A DNA stretch of 64,000 nt. Source: an uncultured Planctomycetota bacterium (GTDB lineage: Bacteria; Planctomycetota; Planctomycetia; Isosphaerales; Isosphaeraceae). A program made the position numbers and the translations under genes. The notes under the pieces are model-generated. The model saw only the letters and a list, made by a program, of their open reading frames with translations, was not told where the DNA came from and did no database searches. Location: assembly GCA_963823665.1 (NCBI GenBank), contig CAWGMQ010000004.1:2848001-2912000 (forward strand), written 5' to 3'. Below are positions 56,747 through 64,000 of this stretch, piece by piece; positions within the stretch are counted from its first letter, which is position 1, and each line of letters opens with the position of its first letter.

Positions 56747-57748
56747 ATGACTATCCGAAATGTGCAAGCGGATCCGCCGACGGCTGAGTCGTCGGCGACG
56801 GCCGGACCGTTCCGTCCCGGTCTTCAGGTCGTCTTCTCATGCCACGACCCGGACGTGATGAGCGCACGGATCAATTACTGGGGGCTCGAGCAGTCGCAGC
56901 TCGGTCAGGGGAGGTTTGAGGGAGCCATTCGTGGCACTCACTCGGGGCGGATCCAGTTGGGTTGCTCGTTTCGAAGTCCGGGTCTGCTCATCCAGGGCGT
57001 GATTCCGAAGGAAACAGTCGTACTTTCGAGTATCGTGCGGCAAACATCGCCGATCATGATTAATGGCTACAAGGTCGCCGCGGATCAGATGATGTGGGCC
57101 AAGGCTGGGCATGAGCTTGACTTCCGCACGCTCGGGGAGAACGAGCTGGTCACCGCCGCTGTGCACGCTCCGTTGTTTCACAGGATGGCGCAAGCGGTGC
57201 TGGGACCTGCTTTCTTCGACCGCAATATGTCGGATCGTCTCGCCCTGCGAGGGCCACAATCGAGACACGACGTCGCTCTCCGCCTGCGCAGTCTGATCGA
57301 ACAAGATCTTGCCGGGCCAGGACGATTGAACGACCCCGAATATGCGAGCGCGTGGGAGCATCAAGTCCTTGACACATGGCTTTCTGAGGTGATCGCACCT
57401 GATTCGGGAGCATCGCTGCCGTTGCGTTGCCGAGCCGCACGCCAGGCCGAGTCGTTCTTGCGGGAGCATCGCGACCGGCCGGTGTCGGTGTGCGAGCTGT
57501 GTCTGGTCACCGGGGTGCCCAAGCGTACGCTGATGCTGGGGTTCCGTGATTTATTTGGCCTATCGCCGGCGGCTTATCATCGACGAATGCGGCTCAACGC
57601 GGCGCGGCGCGATCTCGTCGATGCCCGGGCCGGCGAGACGACGGTGACGACGACCGCACTCCGGTGGGGCTTCGGGCACTTCGGGCGGTTCTCGGTGGAC
57701 TACCGTCGCATGTTCGGCGAGTCGCCAGTTGTGACGTTGCGGGGATGA
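56747..57748 (+). CDS. AraC-family regulator (EutR-like)
   Basis: ELC..TGV..RTL..GF...FGLSP..Y...RL..ARR.L...TV...ALRWGF.HFGRFS..YRRMFGESP. Confidence 0.9.
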   Translation: MTIRNVQADPPTAESSATAGPFRPGLQVVFSCHDPDVMSARINYWGLEQSQLGQGRFEGAIRGTHSGRIQLGCSFRSPGLLIQGVIPKETVVLSSIVRQTSPIMINGYKVAADQMMWAKAGHELDFRTLGENELVTAAVHAPLFHRMAQAVLGPAFFDRNMSDRLALRGPQSRHDVALRLRSLIEQDLAGPGRLNDPEYASAWEHQVLDTWLSEVIAPDSGASLPLRCRAARQAESFLREHRDRPVSVCELCLVTGVPKRTLMLGFRDLFGLSPAAYHRRMRLNAARRDLVDARAGETTVTTTALRWGFGHFGRFSVDYRRMFGESPVVTLRG

Positions 57749-57805
57749 AGAACCGCGAGAGAATCATTCGTCGCCCCGGCAATTCGATCAAGACGCCGCG
57801 TTCGA

Positions 57806-58924
57806 TCACTTCGTGGTTGGTCGCGCTCGCTTTTCGCTTGGCGGGGGCAAGTAGGGCGGCAGGGTGCCTTCGAGTGCCTGCTTGACCCACTTGCCGAAGC
57901 CGGGAGTGGGGGTGCATCGGAAGTCGGAGATCAGCCGAGGGCCGGCGGCGGGGTGCATGTCCCAGGCCGTCCAGCTCCATTTGTGGTCTTCCAGAGCCTG
58001 GAGCACCTGGCGGACCCATTTTTCGTCCTTTTCCAAGGGCGCGCCGCGTTGCGTCTCGGCTCCAAACTCGCCGACGATCACCGGCAGTTTCTTGGTCGCG
58101 GTCTCCATCTTGGCGATCCAGCGCTCGACCGAGTCGCCCTTGAACGGATAGGCGTGATTGTCGTAGAGCACGCCGTTGCCATCCGGGTCGGAAAGCTGCC
58201 GGCCTTGGAGGATTCCCGTGAAGTCGTACGACCAATCGAGCCCGCCGACGATCACCACGTTTTTTGCTCCCGTGCTCCGCACAGTGTCGAGAAGGGTCTG
58301 CATGCCGACGGCGTTGTACGACTGGATGGGCGTCTTGCGCGTGGCTTTCTCGGTGACGAAGCCCCCCTTCAGCCAGATGTCCCAGCCGACATTGTGCGGC
58401 TCGTTGTAAAGGTTGAACAACACGGCTGGATGGTTCTGATATGCGGCGGCCACGTCTTTCCAGAAACTCAGACTGTTCTCATCGGGCATCAAATGCTGCC
58501 CGATGTTCTTGCCCCATTCGCCGGCATCCGACCAGTGCAAATCCAGGATGATGTAGCACCCGGACGAAGCCACCTTGTCGACGATCTGTCGCACGAGAAT
58601 TCGATAGTATTTGCCCTGATCATCCTGCTGCGGCGCCTTTCCGAACCAGCGGTCCTGGGAAAGCGGCAGCCGGATGACATTCACATGCCAGTCGCGGATC
58701 GCAGTCTGCACCGTTTCGAGAATGTGGCCCTCGCCGTCGTTGGTCCATTCCATGCAGGCGGTGTTTACACCCCGCAGGCGCACCGGGTCACCGGCGCTAT
58801 TGAGCAATCTGGTTCCTGACACCTTCAAGGGGAGGGGCTCGTTAGGGCGGGGGGTTCGCTCCTGGGCGGCGGCTCCGATCAGAGCGAATATCGAGCTCCC
58901 AACCGCGATGACCAGGCGTTTCAT
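57806..58924 (-). CDS. Glycoside hydrolase family 5 (cellulase-like), secreted
   Basis: LRGVN, VIRLPL, ILDLHW, LYNEPH (acid/base), HAY, IVGEFG (nucleophile), WTAW. Confidence 0.9.
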   Translation of the reverse strand: MKRLVIAVGSSIFALIGAAAQERTPRPNEPLPLKVSGTRLLNSAGDPVRLRGVNTACMEWTNDGEGHILETVQTAIRDWHVNVIRLPLSQDRWFGKAPQQDDQGKYYRILVRQIVDKVASSGCYIILDLHWSDAGEWGKNIGQHLMPDENSLSFWKDVAAAYQNHPAVLFNLYNEPHNVGWDIWLKGGFVTEKATRKTPIQSYNAVGMQTLLDTVRSTGAKNVVIVGGLDWSYDFTGILQGRQLSDPDGNGVLYDNHAYPFKGDSVERWIAKMETATKKLPVIVGEFGAETQRGAPLEKDEKWVRQVLQALEDHKWSWTAWDMHPAAGPRLISDFRCTPTPGFGKWVKQALEGTLPPYLPPPSEKRARPTTK

Positions 58925-59003
58925 ACTGCGCTCCGATCTATCGGATTCGTCCTGCGCGTGTGGATTCAAGTCCAACGGTGTGCGCTCGAGCGCGATACGA
59001 GCG

Positions 59004-59492
59004 TCAGCTTATCACGATGAGGATGGCTTGCCCATCACGGCTTGCCTCGGCGATCAGAGCTTTGGCGAAACCCAGGTAACCACGGTATTCTTCGAGCAGA
59101 TCCTCTAGTGGCTCGTCCCAGATCTGGGGATAAATCGCCTCCTTTGTTAACGCCCCAAGATCGAAGCGGCGTGCGAACTCGTCGTCTGTTATTCTTTCGA
59201 GGGCGGCGCTCAGCGAGGCGACTTGATCAGGCATGAGCAGCCGGGCCGGACCATATCCTACATCGACGTCGCCCACGGGCTCGCCGCCCGTAGCGAGAAA
59301 GTTGAGCGGTGGCTCTCCGTCCCATGCGCTCCCGGTGAGAGCGAAATGGAGACCGTGCCAGCTCTTCTCGAGTGAAACCGCGGCCCCAGTCTGATCGAGC
59401 GAGCTGATGAGCTCGCGAATGCGAGAAGGGTCGGTAATCACTTCGCGAGCCGACCGATCAGGCAGCGCGTAAAGCTGGCAGATCATGCTCAT
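59004..59492 (-). CDS. YfbM/DUF1877 family protein
   Basis: SLEKSWHGLHFALTG, DVGYGPAR, IYPQIW. Confidence 0.85.
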   Translation of the reverse strand: MSMICQLYALPDRSAREVITDPSRIRELISSLDQTGAAVSLEKSWHGLHFALTGSAWDGEPPLNFLATGGEPVGDVDVGYGPARLLMPDQVASLSAALERITDDEFARRFDLGALTKEAIYPQIWDEPLEDLLEEYRGYLGFAKALIAEASRDGQAILIVIS

Positions 59493-59561
59493 GGTAGGGG
59501 GTCCTGATGCCAACGCGCGGGTCGTGAGTGCACGCTGCCCGCCGGATCGAGATTGTGCGAC

Positions 59562-60773
59562 TCAAACCGCCCGCAAGACCAGGCTGGTGTTGCTTCCGCC
59601 GAAGCCGAACGAGTTGGAGACAGCCACGCGCACATCATGCGGTCTGGCCTCGTTGGCGACCAAGCACAGGTCGACGTCGGGATCATCGAGATTAATCGTA
59701 GGAGGAATGGCGTGGTGCCGTAAAGCCGTCAAGCAGGCGAGCGCCTCGAATGCGCCGGCAGCGGTGAGCAAGTGACCCGTGAGGCTCTTGGTTGACGACA
59801 CGGGGATCCGATCGGCATTTGCGCCCAGCACGAGGCGGAGGACGGCGGCCTCGGCGGCGTCTCCGACCGGCGTGCTCGTCGCGTGCGCGTTGACGTGGTC
59901 GACCTGGTCACAATTCACTCGCGCGTCGGAGAGGGCGCTGCGCATGGCGGCGGCGGCCGGCGCCGGGTTGGGGCTGGGAATGACGTGGTGGTGGGCGTCG
60001 CTGCTAGAGCCGCAGCCGGCAACCTCGGCGTAGGCGTAGGCTCTTCGTCGGCGGGCGTCGGTGGAACGTTCCATCACGAAAACGACGCCTCCTTCGCCCA
60101 GAACGAAGCCGTCGCGGTCACGGTCGAACGGCCGTGACGCGGCAGATGGATCGGAGTTGCGGCGTGAGAGCGCGCGCAGGTTGCCGAAGGTGGCGAGGCC
60201 GATCGGTGAGACGGCCAGGTCGCACGCGCCGGCGACACAGTAGTCGACCAGGCCCAGCCGCAGCCACTGGCGGCCGATCTCGATGGCGTGGTTGCCGCTG
60301 GCGCAGGCGGCGGAGAGGGCAAGAGCCGGTCCGCTCAGGTCGAGCCCGCTGCGCACTCGTTCGACGGTCGATTCGCAATCCTGGCGGGGGTCATAGAGCC
60401 GCGAGCCGCCCGCGAAGTGATCGACTTCCCACAGCAGCATCCACTCAGCGCCCAAGCCGAGCACCAGCCCGACGCGAGACTCGAGGTGTGGGCCCCACAA
60501 ACCGGTGTCGCGCAGCGCCTTTTCGACGCACCAGTGGGCGAGCTGTTCCAGCCGGGGCCGGGCCGAGAAGGCTGCCGCATCGCAGCCGGGCGGCGTGCCG
60601 ATCTCTCCGAGCTGAGCCGCGATGCGGCTGGGATAATCGTCGGTCGGGAACCGCGTCACGAGCGAGACGCCCGAGCGCCCGGCGAGCAAGCTCGATTCGA
60701 TCTGGTCGAGCTCGGAGCCGAGCGGGGTTGCGGCCCCGACTCCCGTGATCCAGACGGATTCATCGCTATTCAT
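59562..60773 (-). CDS. fabF: Beta-ketoacyl-ACP synthase (FabF-like)
   Basis: AACASG (Cys), SRPFDRDRDGFVLGEG, NAHATST, KSLTGHL, SNSFGFGG. Confidence 0.88.
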   Translation of the reverse strand: MNSDESVWITGVGAATPLGSELDQIESSLLAGRSGVSLVTRFPTDDYPSRIAAQLGEIGTPPGCDAAAFSARPRLEQLAHWCVEKALRDTGLWGPHLESRVGLVLGLGAEWMLLWEVDHFAGGSRLYDPRQDCESTVERVRSGLDLSGPALALSAACASGNHAIEIGRQWLRLGLVDYCVAGACDLAVSPIGLATFGNLRALSRRNSDPSAASRPFDRDRDGFVLGEGGVVFVMERSTDARRRRAYAYAEVAGCGSSSDAHHHVIPSPNPAPAAAAMRSALSDARVNCDQVDHVNAHATSTPVGDAAEAAVLRLVLGANADRIPVSSTKSLTGHLLTAAGAFEALACLTALRHHAIPPTINLDDPDVDLCLVANEARPHDVRVAVSNSFGFGGSNTSLVLRAV

Positions 60774-60779
60774 TCAGGC

Positions 60780-61607
60780 TCATCCCTGGCCAATCGGCCC
60801 TTCGATCAAATCGATGCGCAAGCGTCCGAGTGGATCTGTCGCCACCGCATTCGGCTCCGGCCCAGCTCGAGCCGCCAGGATCTCCTCGAGTGCGACCAGG
60901 TCAACAGGTGCGGCGGCATGGTGAGAATCGCGGCCGACGCTCGCCCGAAACGCCAATCGGCCGCCTCGACCGTCCAGCAGGGCCAGCCCGATCGCCAGAG
61001 CCTGGCATTCCCTGCGAGCAGTGAGTTCTGCACCGCGCGACGGCACCAGCTCCGGCGACCAGCCGCTCAGCACGAGCCAAACGCCCGGCACACTGCCGAT
61101 CGACAACCAGGTCAGAGCCGCCAGAAAGCCCTCGGCAGCAGCGTGAAGCCCGCCGCCGACCCCAAGATTCGGACCATGCAGCCCCAGACCCAGGCTGATG
61201 GTTCCAGACGCCGAATGGAGGGCAAAGTGAGGAATCAGGTGCGGTGAGGTTCCCCAGACTCCCTCGGCGAGGAAGCTCTCCAGCGCCTGCGCCAGGTTGG
61301 CACGGCCGAGAAAGCGCGACGCGGCGACCACGCCCCAACCTTCATAGCGATCGCGCGGCAGACCTATGCCGTCGATCGCTGTGAAGACCGCGCAGAGGCC
61401 GGCGATCGTCTGCTCGTCCGAGTTGCGCAACAACGACGACGATGGCGGCGCCCAGCCCTCGGGGATCGGCCCCGGCTTGCGGCGCAGCGCCGCTACGTCA
61501 CCGGACGGCATCCGGAACATCCCGTGCCCCATAACCGTCCCGGAGAGCGCCGGCCGGCAATCTAGGCCGTTGCCGGAGAACGCCCGTTCCCTCGTATGAC
61601 TCACCAC
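60780..61607 (-). CDS. Ketosynthase N-terminal-like / chain-length-factor-like protein
   Basis: SPHLIPHFALHSASGTISLGLGLHGPNL matches the KS N-terminal fold. No catalytic Cys motif; directly upstream of the KS. Confidence 0.6.
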   Translation of the reverse strand: MVSHTRERAFSGNGLDCRPALSGTVMGHGMFRMPSGDVAALRRKPGPIPEGWAPPSSSLLRNSDEQTIAGLCAVFTAIDGIGLPRDRYEGWGVVAASRFLGRANLAQALESFLAEGVWGTSPHLIPHFALHSASGTISLGLGLHGPNLGVGGGLHAAAEGFLAALTWLSIGSVPGVWLVLSGWSPELVPSRGAELTARRECQALAIGLALLDGRGGRLAFRASVGRDSHHAAAPVDLVALEEILAARAGPEPNAVATDPLGRLRIDLIEGPIGQG

Positions 61608-61894
61608 GTTCGAGAGTCTTCCTTAACCTGACCGCAGATCCCTCGAATTGAATTGAGCTAGTTGGCGCCAGAGTGTAGCTATAGAATTGCCTTCTTTACA
61701 ATCGCACTCTCCACGAGGAGTGCCAGGCCGCGTCTCGCAATCCCGCGCGGATCTCCGGAATTTGGAAGTCTGGGCAATTTGTCAAGGATTTGAGGAGCAA
61801 TATTCGGACTGAGGAGGATCAGAGCACTTGGGGTTTGGCGGGAGATCTGGTTGCCTTTTTGTTTGCCGCGCCAGTCGAGGGAGACGACAACGCC

Positions 61895-63208
61895 GTGCAG
61901 TGCCCGATGGAAAGACTGGGTGTCGCGCTGCGGCAGAACACACTCGTGCGAATTATCGAGCGGTTCGGCGAGGAGCACGCGGATGTGCACCTCAAAGACC
62001 TGGTGATCGACGAGATGGGTCCGGGCCGAGAGATCGTGGTTCTGGGCCGCCGGGTGATCAACTTCGGCTCGGACAGCTTCCTGGGCCTGGACCAGGACCC
62101 CCGAGTTCAACACGCGATCCGGCATGGATTGCGTAAATGGGGAACGCATAACGGCTCCTCGCGCGCGTTTGCCAGTGTGCGCGCCAATATCGTCGCGGAG
62201 CAGAGGCTTGCGGACTGGCTTGGCGTCGAATCGACGCTCATCTACCCATCGGTGATGCTGGCGAACCTGGGGGCGATTCCTGGGCTCACCGGCCGGCAGG
62301 ACGCCATCGCCATGGATGAGATGGCGCACAGCTCGATGCAGGAAGCTGCCAAGATCGCGCGTGCCGGCGGGACGAAGGTCGCGACATTTGCACACAACGA
62401 CCCTGGCGCACTCGAGCAAACGCTGGCAGGTCTCCAACCCTACCGGTGCGCCCTGGTCTGCATCGACGGCGTGTACAGCATGAGCGGCAAGATCCCGCCG
62501 ATGCGGGAGCTCGATGCCGTGGCCCGCGCGGCCAAGGCCGTGCTCTACATCGACGATGCGCACGGCACCGGGGTGCTGGGCCAGCACGGGCGGGGGACGG
62601 TGCTCGAAGCTCTGGGGAGTTACGAAAACGCGTTTGTTGTCGGCTCGCTCTCGAAGGCGTTTTCGTGCGCAGGGGGGTTCATCGGCTGCCCGGCCGCGTT
62701 TCAGCGCCTGCTCAAGATTCGTTCCAGCTCGTATGTTTTCGGCGGGCCGGTCGTGCCGTGTTATCTGGAGGCCATCGGCACAGTCATCGACATTCTCTGT
62801 TCGAGCGAGTACGCGGCCCTGCGCGGGCGGCTGGATCGTTCGATCGCGCGGCTGACGCGGGGACTGACCGCGCTGGGACTGGAAGTGATGGGGGGAGCGA
62901 CGCCGATCATCTCCGTCAAGATCGGCGACGAGGCGGATACCCTGAGAGCCGGCAAGCACCTGTTCGATCAGGGATACTACGTTCAGTCGGTGCTCTTCCC
63001 GGCAGTGCCCTATCACGCCGGGGTGCTGCGAGTGCAATGCAACGCCAATCACGAGGATCGCGCGATCGACGGTCTGATTGATGCGTTTGAGAGCCTCACC
63101 GAGGCGATGGGTTTGCCGGTGCCGGCTGAGAAATCGACGAGCGGCCGGGGCACAAACTGGAACGGACAAACGGAACACGAGGGTCGAAACAAGGACAGCT
63201 CGGGATGA
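61895..63208 (+). CDS. PLP-dependent alpha-oxoamine synthase (BioF/SPT family)
   Basis: NFGSDSFLGL, DEMAHSS, DGVYSMSG, DDAHGTG, GSLSKAF. Confidence 0.88.
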   Translation: MQCPMERLGVALRQNTLVRIIERFGEEHADVHLKDLVIDEMGPGREIVVLGRRVINFGSDSFLGLDQDPRVQHAIRHGLRKWGTHNGSSRAFASVRANIVAEQRLADWLGVESTLIYPSVMLANLGAIPGLTGRQDAIAMDEMAHSSMQEAAKIARAGGTKVATFAHNDPGALEQTLAGLQPYRCALVCIDGVYSMSGKIPPMRELDAVARAAKAVLYIDDAHGTGVLGQHGRGTVLEALGSYENAFVVGSLSKAFSCAGGFIGCPAAFQRLLKIRSSSYVFGGPVVPCYLEAIGTVIDILCSSEYAALRGRLDRSIARLTRGLTALGLEVMGGATPIISVKIGDEADTLRAGKHLFDQGYYVQSVLFPAVPYHAGVLRVQCNANHEDRAIDGLIDAFESLTEAMGLPVPAEKSTSGRGTNWNGQTEHEGRNKDSSG

Positions 63209-63753
63209 CAGGCGGGCGCGGGAGGGTCCTGCTCATCATGCTGGTGGCGGTTGTGGCGCTCGCCGTCGGAGAGACGGCGCTTTCCAAGGGAATGAAGCAG
63301 ATCGATCGTCTGGAAGGCGGCTGGATCGCTCAGGCTGCCGGGCTTCTGCGCAACGGCTGGGTCGCGGCCGGTCTGGTTCTGTTGGTCGCGCACCTCGGGC
63401 TTTACATGCTGGCCCTCAAGAACGCCGACCTGAGCTTTGCACTCCCACTGACCGCGGCATCGTATCCGCTGGCCGCGCTCCTGGCGCGATTCTATCTGCA
63501 CGAAGACATCGGCCTGTCGCGAGTGATCGGGACGCTGCTAATCACGGTCGGCGTGGCTGTCGTCGTACTGGGCGAGGACGGAGAGCGCAGGGCGGAAGGA
63601 ATGGCGCGCCGGGTGGAGCTTCGTCGGGGCCGCGACCAGGTCAGGCGAGTGCGTCGCCGGTTCCGCCAGCGGCGGGGCCGCTCGAGACGGGATGACCCTC
63701 GGTGGTGGAGAGCTTCGCTTCCATCAGGTCAAGCAGATCGCCGACCCGCTTGA
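63205..63753 (+). CDS. EamA/SMR-type small membrane transporter (ArnE/F-like)
   Basis: Four TM helices, ADLSFALPLTAASY...LHE......GTLLI..GV. Confidence 0.8.
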   Translation: MTGGRGRVLLIMLVAVVALAVGETALSKGMKQIDRLEGGWIAQAAGLLRNGWVAAGLVLLVAHLGLYMLALKNADLSFALPLTAASYPLAALLARFYLHEDIGLSRVIGTLLITVGVAVVVLGEDGERRAEGMARRVELRRGRDQVRRVRRRFRQRRGRSRRDDPRWWRASLPSGQADRRPA

Positions 63754-63949
63754 CCTGGCCGAGCTCCTCGGGCGCGAGCCGGACGTGAAACTCGCGCTCA
63801 ATCCGCATGACCAGTCCGACCAGGTCGACCGAATCGAGCCCAAGTGTTTCTCGAAGGTCCTGATCGTCTTGAGGCAGCGCGTACGATTCACCCATCTCTT
63901 CTTCGAGCAGGGCCACGAGCTTGCCGCGAAGCGATTCCCTGTCTGGCAT
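63641..63949 (-). CDS. Acyl carrier protein
   Basis: LGLDSVDLVGLVMRIEREF phosphopantetheine motif. Confidence 0.88.
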   Translation of the reverse strand: MPDRESLRGKLVALLEEEMGESYALPQDDQDLRETLGLDSVDLVGLVMRIEREFHVRLAPEELGQVKRVGDLLDLMEAKLSTTEGHPVSSGPAAGGTGDALA

Positions 63950-64000
63950 CTGGCACGACCCTCGGAGACTGCGCTCAAGGAAGGCTTCCTTCCCCTGAAC

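Noticed and set aside
63641..63753. 113-bp convergent overlap of the EamA and ACP genes as a functional feature
   Set aside because: The overlapping tails are low-complexity extensions, and an indel hiding an earlier stop is more likely.

Overview
High-GC bacterial DNA with strong Planctomycetota (Isosphaeraceae-like) character, inferred from a LEDRRLLS export motif, a TIGR02999-type ECF sigma factor, a Ser/Thr kinase-TPR protein and the REP families. Bases 1-20 kb are mostly core genes: ECF sigma, tRNA-Met, xerC, an atypical enhancer-binding protein, ilvB, dps, bshB1, purN, ileS, PNP and tRNA-His. After tRNA-His the window is accessory. It holds (1) a DevBCA-like ABC exporter plus SDR; (2) a minus-strand stretch (24.3-31.8 kb) of small genes, duplicated gene junctions and attC-like remnants that looks like a decayed cassette array, interrupted by a complete IS21 with an unusually long 23-bp target duplication; (3) a repeat-rich gene-poor stretch; (4) an ECF sigma / giant beta-helix adhesin / kinase block; (5) a sulfatase block; (6) an AraC-linked DyP peroxidase / catalase-like cluster; (7) a GH5; and (8) the start of a KS / KS-like / SPT-like / ACP lipid cluster. 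Many single-base frameshifts, including one in essential ileS, point to long-read indel errors, so pseudogene calls based only on frameshifts are unreliable. All calls come from motif recognition by eye; no database searches were run.
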